From positions 1-43,507 of the IMG/VR virus record IMGVR_UViG_3300033183_000299: a stretch of 43,507 nt of DNA, one strand, 5' to 3'. Shown here piece after piece: positions 35,247 to 43,507 of the stretch. Numbering within the stretch: the first letter of the stretch is position 1; each line of letters begins with the position of its first letter. This DNA is from a virus. Made by a program: the position numbers and the translations under genes. The notes under the pieces are model-generated. The model was given only the letters and a program-made list of their open reading frames with translations. It made no database searches and had not been told where the DNA came from.

Positions 35247-35504
35247 TTATAGTAATTCCATAATGGCTTTTGACACAAGACCAACGAAACCCAGTCCTAC
35301 AGACCAGATTACTTTGGACATGCCTTGCTGCCATTGTTCAAGGTCACGAACACGAGCATAGAGACCTGTCTCTGGATTATAGATCGCTTCTTTAATGCTT
35401 TTAAGGTCATCAATCATCTGATCTTGCTTTGTATCCATGTGCTTAATGTTAACAGTAAGCTCCATAAGAGCCTGCTTAATTTCATTAATTTCTTTCTCGC
35501 TCAT
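35247..35504 (-). CDS. coiled-coil protein with C-terminal TM helix
   Basis: VIWSVGLGFVGLV C-terminal hydrophobic segment. Confidence 0.7.
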   Translation of the reverse strand: MSEKEINEIKQALMELTVNIKHMDTKQDQMIDDLKSIKEAIYNPETGLYARVRDLEQWQQGMSKVIWSVGLGFVGLVSKAIMELL

Positions 35505-35545
35505 GTCCGTGATCTCCCATAGTTACGACTTCATACTAAATAGTC

Positions 35546-37117
35546 TTAAACTTTTACAATAGCATGAGATGTCGTAAGTAGTGTGCCTGCTGCCGAAGCG
35601 GCATTTTGCAAAGCACAGCGTGTAACTTTCTTTGGATCAATAATGCCCGCCTCAAATGCGTTCATCATTTTTCTTGTTAAAAAGTTGTAACAGTCGTCAT
35701 CTGAAGAGTTTACAATCTTCTCGATGATAAGATCCTCAGACTCTCCGGCATTGCGAGCCATCATACGTACAGGGGCCTCACAAGCCTTCAGAACGATTTT
35801 CGCACCAAGGTCTTGCTCTTCATTATCTAAAGTGAAATGAAGCCGTCTAGCAAGCTTTAAGAGGCTTACACCACCACCTGCGATCACACCCTCTTCTTGT
35901 GCTGAACGGACAGCTTCAAGGGCATCATCAATGCGATGCTTCTTTTCAATCATTTCTACCTCAGTTGCTGCTCCCACTCTAATAACAGCGATACCAGAAG
36001 CAAGACGAGTAATTCTCTCCTGAAGTCTTTCACATTCTTGAAGGTTTTCTGTTTGCTGGATTTCATTTTTGATCGCAGCAATCCTCGTATCAATCTCCTC
36101 ATAGTCTCCTTTGCCTCCGACAATAGTTGTCCAACCTTTAGTTACATTCAATGACTTTGCTTGACCGAAGTTGTTTAACTTTACTTCTCGCAAAGATAAT
36201 CCATTCTCGCGAGAAATGAATGTTGCTCCAACTGAAGCACACAAATCTTTGAGGATGTTGCGTCGCTCTTCTCCATATCGAGGAGCACGAACGGCGGCGA
36301 TCTTCATCGTCCCCCGAACCGCGTTAGCAATGAGTGCCGCCAACGCTTGACCTTCGACATCCGCTGCGACCATAAGTAAGGGTCGCGAGTCTCTCGCAGC
36401 GATTTCCAATATCGGCATGATTTGATCGACGACTTCAATCTTTTCATCTGTAATGAGAATAAGAGGGTTATCATAATCTACTGTCCCGTTTCGTTCGTTG
36501 TTAATAAATTGGCTAGAAAGATAGCCAGTGTCCATTCTAAAGCCTTCTATGAGGTCGAGAGTGGTTTCCATGCTTCGTGCTTCTTCAACAAGCACAGAGC
36601 CATCCTTGCCCGCTTTATCAACGGCTGTTGAAATGAGAGTTCCAATAGCAAGATCATTGTTGGCTGAGATCATCGCGATGTGCTTGATGTCTTCTGCTGT
36701 TTCAATTGGTCTCGCCATTGCCTCAAGCTCTTCAACGATAACTTCAACCGCAGAGTCAATTCCTCGCTTTAACTCAACAGGTGAGACACCCGATGTAAGA
36801 TAGCGTTGCCCTTCGGTTAAGATTGCTCGAGCCAATACAGTAGAAGTTGTTGTTCCGTCCCCGGCAGTTTCAACTGTTTGCTTTGCCGCTTGCTTAATGA
36901 CTTGTGCTCCAAGGTTTTGGAACGGAGAGTCAAGTTCAATAAAGTTACTGATTGTTACACCGTCCTTGGTCAAGACTGGTGTTCCTTGGTCTTTGTGAAA
37001 CAATGCTACGGTTCGTCCTCGAGGACCGAGAGTTGCCGATACATTGTCCGCCAAAATATTGACTCCCTCAACAATCTCTTGATTGAGAGGGGAGCCTTGT
37101 TTATAATGTTTTTGCAT
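35546..37117 (-). CDS. groEL: phage-encoded GroEL chaperonin
   Basis: TLGPRGR, TKDGVT, AGDGTTT, GGGV, GIIDP; no GGM tail. Confidence 0.97.
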   Translation of the reverse strand: MQKHYKQGSPLNQEIVEGVNILADNVSATLGPRGRTVALFHKDQGTPVLTKDGVTISNFIELDSPFQNLGAQVIKQAAKQTVETAGDGTTTSTVLARAILTEGQRYLTSGVSPVELKRGIDSAVEVIVEELEAMARPIETAEDIKHIAMISANNDLAIGTLISTAVDKAGKDGSVLVEEARSMETTLDLIEGFRMDTGYLSSQFINNERNGTVDYDNPLILITDEKIEVVDQIMPILEIAARDSRPLLMVAADVEGQALAALIANAVRGTMKIAAVRAPRYGEERRNILKDLCASVGATFISRENGLSLREVKLNNFGQAKSLNVTKGWTTIVGGKGDYEEIDTRIAAIKNEIQQTENLQECERLQERITRLASGIAVIRVGAATEVEMIEKKHRIDDALEAVRSAQEEGVIAGGGVSLLKLARRLHFTLDNEEQDLGAKIVLKACEAPVRMMARNAGESEDLIIEKIVNSSDDDCYNFLTRKMMNAFEAGIIDPKKVTRCALQNAASAAGTLLTTSHAIVKV

Positions 37118-37147
37118 GAAGCCTCCATGTGTTAAAAGTTATATTAT

Positions 37148-37176
37148 ATTATAACCTCTTCTGGAGGGTTTGTCAA
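37148..37176 (-). promoter_or_regulatory. consensus sigma70 promoter for groEL
   Basis: TTGACA-17 bp-TATAAT. Confidence 0.8.
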
Positions 37177-37177
37177 G

Positions 37178-38953
37178 TTATTTTTTCAAAGTTTCTTGAA
37201 TTAATTTCTTGAGAAAGTTCGCGGTGATTTCCCCTTCTTTTGATTCCTGAATTTTGGACATCTCCCCTAGCTCTCCAGCAAGAAGATTTTTGGAAACGGT
37301 AAATTTTTCATTAACTTTTGATGCTGCGTCTTGCTTTTTGTTGCTATCCTTAGCCGTACTGCTAAATAAGACAGCAGCAGCTTGCAGTTCTTTAAGGGAG
37401 CGAGTTATTTCTACGATTTTTGTCTCCAAAGATTTAAGCCTTGTTTTTTTTATTTCATTAAACTCACCTAAAGACGGCATCGTCATGGTCGCAACTAGGT
37501 CGCCAAATTCAGTAAAAGTAATTCTAGGCTCTTTTCCTTTCTCAACCTCATAAGATCCTCTAAGACTTTTTCGCAGTTCAGTAGATTTGCCAGATTGCTT
37601 AGCCTTCTCTTTTTCTTTTCTATAATCTTCCAATGTTTTCAAATCTGCTTCAAGTACCTTTAATTTTTTCAGATTGTTGTCATAAGTTGTTTTTTTTCTT
37701 TCCGCTGACTTTTCAGATCCATATTTCTTTTCAAGTTCTTTCAACCTATTTTGCTCTTCGGCGGTTTTGTCTGTTTTTTCCACCAAATCACTATACTCTT
37801 TGAGTTCTGATGTATAATTTTCATTAGATTCCTTCACTCTTTTGATGTATGATTTTAAACTTGAAAAACTGTAAGGTACACCCTTTGTGCTTTTCGTACT
37901 TATCTCTGGCTTAGGAATTTCCGGGGTAGTATCTATAATTTTATCAAGCTGTTGTCCGATTTTAGCTATTGCTGATATATCTTTTGTGTCATATTCAAGA
38001 TCAGTTTGGCCTATGTCTCTTGTAGGCGCAAAAGCAATAGGGTTTTCAAAGTAGTACTTAGTTCCATCTGTAGTCACCAATGCTTTGCTAGACTTTAAAT
38101 CTTCAGCTCCTTTTATTTTAGTTCTCCCTCTTTTGTCTTTATATGTTGATAGCGACATTCCTTTTGTTGCTTCTTCATAATCCTCCTTGGAAAAACGAGT
38201 CATAAAAAACTTAATTTCATTGTAGTCTTTTGTTATTGCAGATTTAACAATGTTTAAAAATCTCATTGGCTCGTCTGTCTTTTGAAAGTGATTATAAACA
38301 GTTGAAAGAGCTTGATAATTGGTACTTTTTTTTGCCATAAATTTAATAGAAAAATTACCTTCTGTTTCAGTATCCGTTATTACATCAGTCCAACCAGAAT
38401 CGCTTCCAATTTTCGCACCCGAAAACAATAATGCTATGAAGCCCTCAGTTAAAAATCCCAAATCTTGTAATCCTGAGGGATCTCGTCCCGTTGCCTGCGA
38501 TAGTATGTCTCCAAACGCATCTAGCACAAAAACATTTCCAACTTCTTGCTCAACGGAGAATCCAGATGTCTTTGAATCAGGAATTAAATCATTCTCCTGT
38601 TCTTTTTGTTTGACTAAGAAATTGGTATAAGTCTCCAAGGCTTCTACTCTTTCTTTCAAAGAAGTTTTTGACAATATTCCAGAGTTTTTAAAAACGTCTC
38701 TGTAGAAGGATGGAATTTTTCGTCCTTCTTTCCCATAGTCTTGTATTTGTACATCTCCAAGAGCGCCTCTGGATTGCGGAATCTCAGCAGTGAAGGTATC
38801 AGCGGGCACGCGGTTCTTTTTCAATAACTTTGGATCTATGGGCGCATCTTCTTCAGAGCCTACCGGACCTAATTGATCCGCTGGGTTGCCCGTTGTTGAA
38901 AATGCTTCTTTGATTATTCTTTTTAAATCATTACCAGTTATCTTCTTGCTCAT
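37178..38953 (-). CDS. large hypothetical protein, possible restriction-endonuclease-like domain, IIKE leader
   Basis: GFLTEGFI...WTDVI...FSIK (E...D...SxK) pattern; coiled-coil C-terminal half. Confidence 0.6.
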   Translation of the reverse strand: MSKKITGNDLKRIIKEAFSTTGNPADQLGPVGSEEDAPIDPKLLKKNRVPADTFTAEIPQSRGALGDVQIQDYGKEGRKIPSFYRDVFKNSGILSKTSLKERVEALETYTNFLVKQKEQENDLIPDSKTSGFSVEQEVGNVFVLDAFGDILSQATGRDPSGLQDLGFLTEGFIALLFSGAKIGSDSGWTDVITDTETEGNFSIKFMAKKSTNYQALSTVYNHFQKTDEPMRFLNIVKSAITKDYNEIKFFMTRFSKEDYEEATKGMSLSTYKDKRGRTKIKGAEDLKSSKALVTTDGTKYYFENPIAFAPTRDIGQTDLEYDTKDISAIAKIGQQLDKIIDTTPEIPKPEISTKSTKGVPYSFSSLKSYIKRVKESNENYTSELKEYSDLVEKTDKTAEEQNRLKELEKKYGSEKSAERKKTTYDNNLKKLKVLEADLKTLEDYRKEKEKAKQSGKSTELRKSLRGSYEVEKGKEPRITFTEFGDLVATMTMPSLGEFNEIKKTRLKSLETKIVEITRSLKELQAAAVLFSSTAKDSNKKQDAASKVNEKFTVSKNLLAGELGEMSKIQESKEGEITANFLKKLIQETLKK

Positions 38954-38954
38954 T

Positions 38955-39842
38955 TTATATCTCCTTTAGAATTTTTTTCAAATCAAGACCAGCACAATCA
39001 ATCTTTCGCTTGGTCAAATGATAATGGCTCACAAAGCCCTCAAATCGCCCGTCAGCAGCTTTTTTGCTAATGGTAGTGTTTGTAGCCTTTGACCTGTCCA
39101 AAGGCGTTTTAAGAGGTATTCCTGTTGCTTTATTTACAGCTCTCATTAAAGCCTTAAGTGCCTCAAGCTGCTCTGGATAGAACCCTGTGAACGGCTTAAG
39201 TCTTTCTCCGTGAACAACAGCATCGCTGATAATTGGTCTCTCGCCCAAACCTTGTCTTACATACCAATCTTGATGCTTTGGATAGTAAGCGTTGGATATC
39301 TCGACACCAAGAGAAAGGTCATTCCATTTCCTTCCTCCGGCATGATATGCCACATCATTCATGTCCATTGTTTGATAAATCGTACCATCGTTGTCGATTA
39401 GGAAATGAACACTTAACCCTCTATTGTTCAGAACATTGTAGCAGGACTGTGACGATAAGCAAACATCCCAATGACATACAAAGAACTTAGGGTCTCGCTT
39501 GTGAGACATCTTCTTAAAACCCTTCTTCATTTTTAATCCTGAACCTTCAAACCATAATTTGACCTTTGGCCATTGAATGTCGAAATACTCAGAGTTATAA
39601 ACAATAAAAGAGTCCTTGTTGCTTTTGCTGTTAGGGCGAAAGCTTTCAATGGACTCTTGTCTGTCTGTATATATTCTCCGATAAGTGCCCGGACCACACA
39701 ACCCATCGGCTGTGAGGCCCTTCGACTTTTGGTATTTCTCAATTGACTGAATTAAATCATCATTAAACTTAGTACAGTTGAACCATGTTGGGTCCCAGCC
39801 TAGCTTTTGAGCTGAGGCTTCATTGTAGAAATACTTATCCAT
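38955..39842 (-). CDS. endolysin: peptidoglycan-binding domain + N-acetylmuramoyl-L-alanine amidase (Amidase_2)
   Basis: YQKSKGLTADGLCGPGT; VCHWD, SVHFLIDNDG, AYHAG, SLGVEI, SH...KIDC. Confidence 0.92.
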   Translation of the reverse strand: MDKYFYNEASAQKLGWDPTWFNCTKFNDDLIQSIEKYQKSKGLTADGLCGPGTYRRIYTDRQESIESFRPNSKSNKDSFIVYNSEYFDIQWPKVKLWFEGSGLKMKKGFKKMSHKRDPKFFVCHWDVCLSSQSCYNVLNNRGLSVHFLIDNDGTIYQTMDMNDVAYHAGGRKWNDLSLGVEISNAYYPKHQDWYVRQGLGERPIISDAVVHGERLKPFTGFYPEQLEALKALMRAVNKATGIPLKTPLDRSKATNTTISKKAADGRFEGFVSHYHLTKRKIDCAGLDLKKILKEI

Positions 39843-39845
39843 GTG

Positions 39846-40553
39846 CTACTCCAAAATTTCGTCAGCAAGTCCTTTTTCAATTGCTTCTTCAGCAGTCAAA
39901 TAGACGTTCACTTTACGATTAATTAGTGTTTGGATCTGTCTTTTGGTCATATTTGTTTCATCAGACAAAGCTTGAATATAAGAGTCTTGAAGACTTACTG
40001 TTTGTTCAAGCTCATTCTGAAGATTATGAATGTCTCCGACTTGACCTCCGTTAACCGCATGGATCATAACTCGGCAATGCTTACCTAACTTACGTTTACC
40101 TTTTGTTCCACTAGCCAACATCAGTGTACCTGCCGACATTACCTTTCCGAGACCAATAGTTTCGATATCGCAAAACTTCTTACAATAGTTGACGACATCA
40201 TAGATACCGAACATCTCGTCTGCTGATCCGCCATAAGTTGAAATGTATAGCTTAATTGGGTCGGCACGCTCTGCGTCTTCGGCTTTCGTTTGTGACAGAA
40301 CCAACAATGCCGAGATTAAATCAGCTGCTCGTTCTTCGGTAACTTCGCCAACGAACATGATTGATCGAGCCTCTGGACTGTCTCCTGCTGCACCTCCGCC
40401 AAGGAGATCCATAAGAGTTAATTGTTGCTCCTGCTCTTCCGAGGTCTCTTCTTCAAGAGATTCTTCCTCTTCCGTTGCTTCGACTTCCTCAACAACTTCC
40501 TCTTTCTTTTTGCCTTTCTTAGACTTCTTTTCTTTCTTACTTAGATTTTGCAT
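39846..40553 (-). CDS. clpP: ClpP-like protease with long charged N-terminal extension
   Basis: LYISTYGGS, GKVMSAG, MIH, YLTAEEAIEKGLAD. Confidence 0.92.
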   Translation of the reverse strand: MQNLSKKEKKSKKGKKKEEVVEEVEATEEEESLEEETSEEQEQQLTLMDLLGGGAAGDSPEARSIMFVGEVTEERAADLISALLVLSQTKAEDAERADPIKLYISTYGGSADEMFGIYDVVNYCKKFCDIETIGLGKVMSAGTLMLASGTKGKRKLGKHCRVMIHAVNGGQVGDIHNLQNELEQTVSLQDSYIQALSDETNMTKRQIQTLINRKVNVYLTAEEAIEKGLADEILE

Positions 40554-40926
40554 ATCTGCTCCTGTATTGTTTTGTAATATAAAGTTTCATTTCTGAAAAG
40601 TTTTTATATCGAATGATATTTGTGTGTGAAGGTGGTATTAACTTTAACACTTCTTTGATTTTTGTGTTTGCGAATTTTTCAAACTCTTGCTCATTTGTCC
40701 TTCGAAGAACCTCGGCTTTAGCATGTCCTATCTTGCCTGCTACGATTATTTGCTCGAGCTGATTGAGGCTTACTTCATAAGCGCTCATCATCAATAGAGC
40801 ATAAGTCAGCATAGCATCTTCAAGAACTGTCGAAGCCTTTAACGCTGAGGATATTACAGTCACAAGGTAAGTGAAAGTGCATCCAATTAAAAAACACAGA
40901 AACATGTTAAGCATACCATTCTCCAA
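40537..40926 (-). CDS. membrane hypothetical protein
   Basis: N-terminal TM segment. Confidence 0.7.
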   Translation of the reverse strand: MENGMLNMFLCFLIGCTFTYLVTVISSALKASTVLEDAMLTYALLMMSAYEVSLNQLEQIIVAGKIGHAKAEVLRRTNEQEFEKFANTKIKEVLKLIPPSHTNIIRYKNFSEMKLYITKQYRSRYAKSK

Positions 40927-40958
40927 TAAAAAAGAGAGACTATCGAAGCCTCTCTTAT

Positions 40959-40987
40959 ATTATAACATGAAACCTATTGGTTGTCAA
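40959..40987 (-). promoter_or_regulatory. consensus sigma70 promoter
   Basis: TTGACA-17 bp-TGtTATAAT. Confidence 0.8.
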
Positions 40988-41006
40988 GTAAAAAAAGTTA
41001 TTTTTT

Positions 41007-41504
41007 TTATCGTCTGCGTGATCCCAAAGCACGGTTCAATTTGGCTTCGTGGAGCTTAGCTTCTTTCAAGCGACGAGCAACTCGTTTTGCGACTTCATTA
41101 ACAACTTCACCTTTGGAAGGAACATAAGAGATACCACGCAAAGCTTCCATGAGTTCTTCTTCACCCATTTCTTCTTCATCTTCCATATCCATTTCGGCGT
41201 CTGCTTCATCGCGCTTTTCCATGTCTTCCAATTCACTCAGTTTGGCTTCAAGTTTAGCGCCGAGGTCGATGATAGATTTGGCTTCTTCGTCGGTCAATTC
41301 AAGATCGCCCTCCATCTCAAGGGCTTCATCTTCACCAGCATCCATTTCCATTTCAGGGGCTTCATCTCCAACAGCATCCATTTCCATTTCTTCCTCTTCC
41401 ATGAGGTCTTCATCACGCTTGTGATACATTTCGTTAATTGGAGCAACGTTCGCCAATTTTTGGAAACGACGAATAGTGCTCTCTTTTAAAAGTTTTTTAG
41501 CCAT
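41007..41504 (-). CDS. acidic protein, putative prohead/internal protein
   Basis: MAKKLLKESTIRRFQKLA; E/D/M-rich. Confidence 0.75.
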   Translation of the reverse strand: MAKKLLKESTIRRFQKLANVAPINEMYHKRDEDLMEEEEMEMDAVGDEAPEMEMDAGEDEALEMEGDLELTDEEAKSIIDLGAKLEAKLSELEDMEKRDEADAEMDMEDEEEMGEEELMEALRGISYVPSKGEVVNEVAKRVARRLKEAKLHEAKLNRALGSRRR

Positions 41505-41580
41505 AGCTTAAATCTCCTTAAGTTTGTAATCTAGATTGTAGTATAAATAGAACATCCGAAAAGAAAACTCCAAACAGCAA

Positions 41581-41913
41581 TTAAATTTCTGGATGTTGCT
41601 CGGAGATGAAGTCAAAGAGAGACTCTATGTCGTCTTCCCCAATTCCCAAGTCAGACAAAATATCATCTGATTTCTCAATATCTTTTTTAAGAATCTTGAC
41701 GTTTCTTTTCGAATGTTTATCGCTTTTAAGTTTGTAAGACTCTAAGAAGTCTAACATCTCTTCTTCATCGTCAATAACTGCCTTGCAGCAAGCACGAAAA
41801 AACTCAGACATCGTCATATTGTGTTTTTCTAAGGATGCCCTAAATCTTATGTGAGTATCCTTGTCGTCATAAAAGTAGACTCTCTTCGCATCTTCGCTTC
41901 GCTTATTAGGCAT
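41581..41913 (-). CDS. putative ribbon-helix-helix DNA-binding protein
   Basis: KRVYFY (strand)...HIRFRASLEKHNMTMSEFFRA. Confidence 0.55.
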   Translation of the reverse strand: MPNKRSEDAKRVYFYDDKDTHIRFRASLEKHNMTMSEFFRACCKAVIDDEEEMLDFLESYKLKSDKHSKRNVKILKKDIEKSDDILSDLGIGEDDIESLFDFISEQHPEI

Positions 41914-41915
41914 AT

Positions 41916-42332
41916 TTATCTCCCTGTTGATCCGTAACCGCCATCTCCACGTTCAGTCTCAGTAAGATCATCAACTTCTTCGAACTCAACTTTAGGATAG
42001 GGCATAATAATTAGTTGACCAACACGATCTCCAATCTTATATTCGCTTTGAGTTGGAGAAAGAGTGTATTTCAACATGATCTCTCCACGATAACCACTGT
42101 CGATTACACCGACACAGTTCGTTAATGTCTGACGGGTTTTGTAAACAGAGGATCTCGGGAATAACAAGCCAACATGCCAGCGTGGAATTTCCACAGCAAG
42201 GCCCGTATGGTAAGTGATGCATCCATGACTTGTACTTACGTTAACCGCGGTCAAGTCAAGCCCGGCATCACCGGGCTTTGCATACTTAGGGATCACTGCA
42301 TCTTCATGCAATTTCTTCACCTTTACTTTCAC
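41916..42332 (-). CDS. dut: dUTPase (trimeric)
   Basis: AGLDL, PRSS, GVIDSGYRGE, RGDGGYGSTG. Confidence 0.97.
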   Translation of the reverse strand: MKVKVKKLHEDAVIPKYAKPGDAGLDLTAVNVSTSHGCITYHTGLAVEIPRWHVGLLFPRSSVYKTRQTLTNCVGVIDSGYRGEIMLKYTLSPTQSEYKIGDRVGQLIIMPYPKVEFEEVDDLTETERGDGGYGSTGR

Positions 42333-42596
42333 TTAGTCCTCCGTAGTTTCGGGAGACTCTGGTTGCTCCTCGACATCTTTTTGCATTGATTTCAAGATAG
42401 CATCAAATTTGGTGTGAGCCATATGAATAGATTGGATGGAACTTTCCATCTGCTCTTTCGTCATTTCTCCTTCAAAGTCTCCGCTCTCATAACTCTCTAG
42501 ATATGCATTATGAAGTTGCGCTAATGAATAAGCAGCCAAGACAAGGTCTCGCTGGTTTAGCAACTCATTTTCCATTTTTTTACCAATTGTTTCCAT
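42333..42596 (-). CDS. hypothetical protein
   Basis: ORF in operon. Confidence 0.7.
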   Translation of the reverse strand: METIGKKMENELLNQRDLVLAAYSLAQLHNAYLESYESGDFEGEMTKEQMESSIQSIHMAHTKFDAILKSMQKDVEEQPESPETTED

Positions 42597-42599
42597 TTT

Positions 42600-42803
42600 T
42601 CACTCCTGTGTTAATTTTATTGTTTCTGCACGCTTAATATAGTCCAAAGCGTGTTGGACATCTGTAAATTTGGTTGTGACGACTCTCCCACAAGCCATAC
42701 CTATTTGGACGCTAACTCCGTTATCTCCGACCCATGAAATGTTATCTACATTAACATGGACTGGGTATGGATTGTATTGTTCTTCAATCAAAATAATTCT
42801 CAT
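42600..42803 (-). CDS. hypothetical protein
   Basis: ORF in operon. Confidence 0.7.
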   Translation of the reverse strand: MRIILIEEQYNPYPVHVNVDNISWVGDNGVSVQIGMACGRVVTTKFTDVQHALDYIKRAETIKLTQE

Positions 42804-42997
42804 TTTGCCTCCAAATATTTAATTGCCTCTTCGGCTTCTGTTATTTGCTTGGTCAGCTTTATTACCTCTTCAACTAAGTCGCTATGTTCCCCGATGCCCG
42901 TAGGTTTGGAGAGATAGACTTCTAGATTAGCTTCGGCTCGAGCCTTTTGAGCTCTAAAATGAAGTAAGGCAGCTTCCAATAGGACTTGGCCTGTCAT
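42800..42997 (-). CDS. hypothetical phage protein
   Basis: YLSKPTGIGEH motif. Confidence 0.75.
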   Translation of the reverse strand: MTGQVLLEAALLHFRAQKARAEANLEVYLSKPTGIGEHSDLVEEVIKLTKQITEAEEAIKYLEAK

Positions 42998-43317
42998 TGT
43001 CCAACTCCTTTGTTCTTAAGTGCCTCGACCATGTCAATCAATGCCGACATGTCCGTGTCGTCTTTTGCGAGGCGATAAGCCTTTACAGCAAGAGAGATCT
43101 CTCCTTTTGTAAGCCAACCATTCTCGACATAGTTTGCCTTAAGGTCACGTTTCTGATCCTTATAGGGTTCCATAGCTTCTTCGATTGCTTTCATACTCTC
43201 GATATAATCAGCCATGTGCTCTTCAGTTGTTTTAGCATCATCCGCTTTCTCAACGATCGCGATCTGATCCATTGGTGTTACTTGGTTAATACCAGATACA
43301 AATTCAAAACCACTCAT
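42994..43317 (-). CDS. putative dsDNA-binding protein (GapR/T4 DsbA-like helical fold)
   Basis: YIESMKAIEE...KRDLKANY...G...AVK pattern. Confidence 0.5.
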   Translation of the reverse strand: MSGFEFVSGINQVTPMDQIAIVEKADDAKTTEEHMADYIESMKAIEEAMEPYKDQKRDLKANYVENGWLTKGEISLAVKAYRLAKDDTDMSALIDMVEALKNKGVGQ

Positions 43318-43346
43318 AATTCCTCCGTTGTTGTTTTGTTTAATAT

Positions 43347-43375
43347 ATTATAACATGTTTTGTGAGACTTGTCAA
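43347..43375 (-). promoter_or_regulatory. consensus sigma70 promoter
   Basis: TTGACA-17 bp-TGtTATAAT. Confidence 0.8.
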
Positions 43376-43507
43376 GTTAAAATTTACGAATTTTATTTCC
43401 AAGTCCAGAAATCAATGCTGGGATATTGTCTTGTTGGATTTTGATCACAGCCTGTGATGACTTGTTTGCTTTTGACTTTCCAATCAGTGCTCCGATACCA
43501 TTGTTTG

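Noticed and set aside
31-43353. Plus-strand ORFs in the track (e.g. 2708, 3537, 12868, 41049, 42997)
   Set aside because: Mostly antisense shadows of minus-strand genes, low-complexity or without an RBS
43377-43507. Partial CDS at the right edge
   Set aside because: Two minus-strand frames are open; cannot decide which one is coding
1-43507. Alternative genetic code; tRNA or rRNA genes
   Set aside because: Known genes are full length under code 11 using all three stops; no tRNA or rRNA signature seen by eye

Overview
This is a fragment of a large lytic dsDNA phage genome. Nearly all genes are on the minus strand, and I saw no rRNA, tRNA, CRISPR array or integrase. It has three compartments. 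(1) 1-12.8 kb is AT-rich: PIN-PhoH, an HNH nuclease, acidic virion-type proteins, a HAD-Nudix fusion, four tandem R-S-E ADP-ribosyltransferase paralogs and a Myxococcota/Bdellovibrionota-style Ig-vWA lipoprotein. (2) About 12.9-31.4 kb is a compositionally distinct island of about 50 mostly tiny genes, including about 19 'GD-L-V' SH3/KOW-like miniproteins, a MoxR ATPase, a vWA-metallopeptidase and two Zn-knuckle paralogs. The island is driven by 24 sigma70-type promoters. Each has a 17-bp palindrome (CGGWCA-N5-TGWCCG) at 0, 10 or 20 bp from the -35 box (one at 9 bp), i.e. in helical phase. The island also has no AGCT site over about 18.8 kb and is bracketed by 11 co-oriented 20-mers resembling a XerD half-site. 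It looks like a regulated, restriction-purged, first-injected or terminally repeated early region built from shuffleable promoter-gene cassettes. (3) 31.4-43.5 kb carries a trypsin-like protease, cupin, glutaredoxin, GroEL, amidase endolysin, ClpP, an RHH-like protein and dUTPase. All counts and coordinates were read by eye and should be confirmed computationally.
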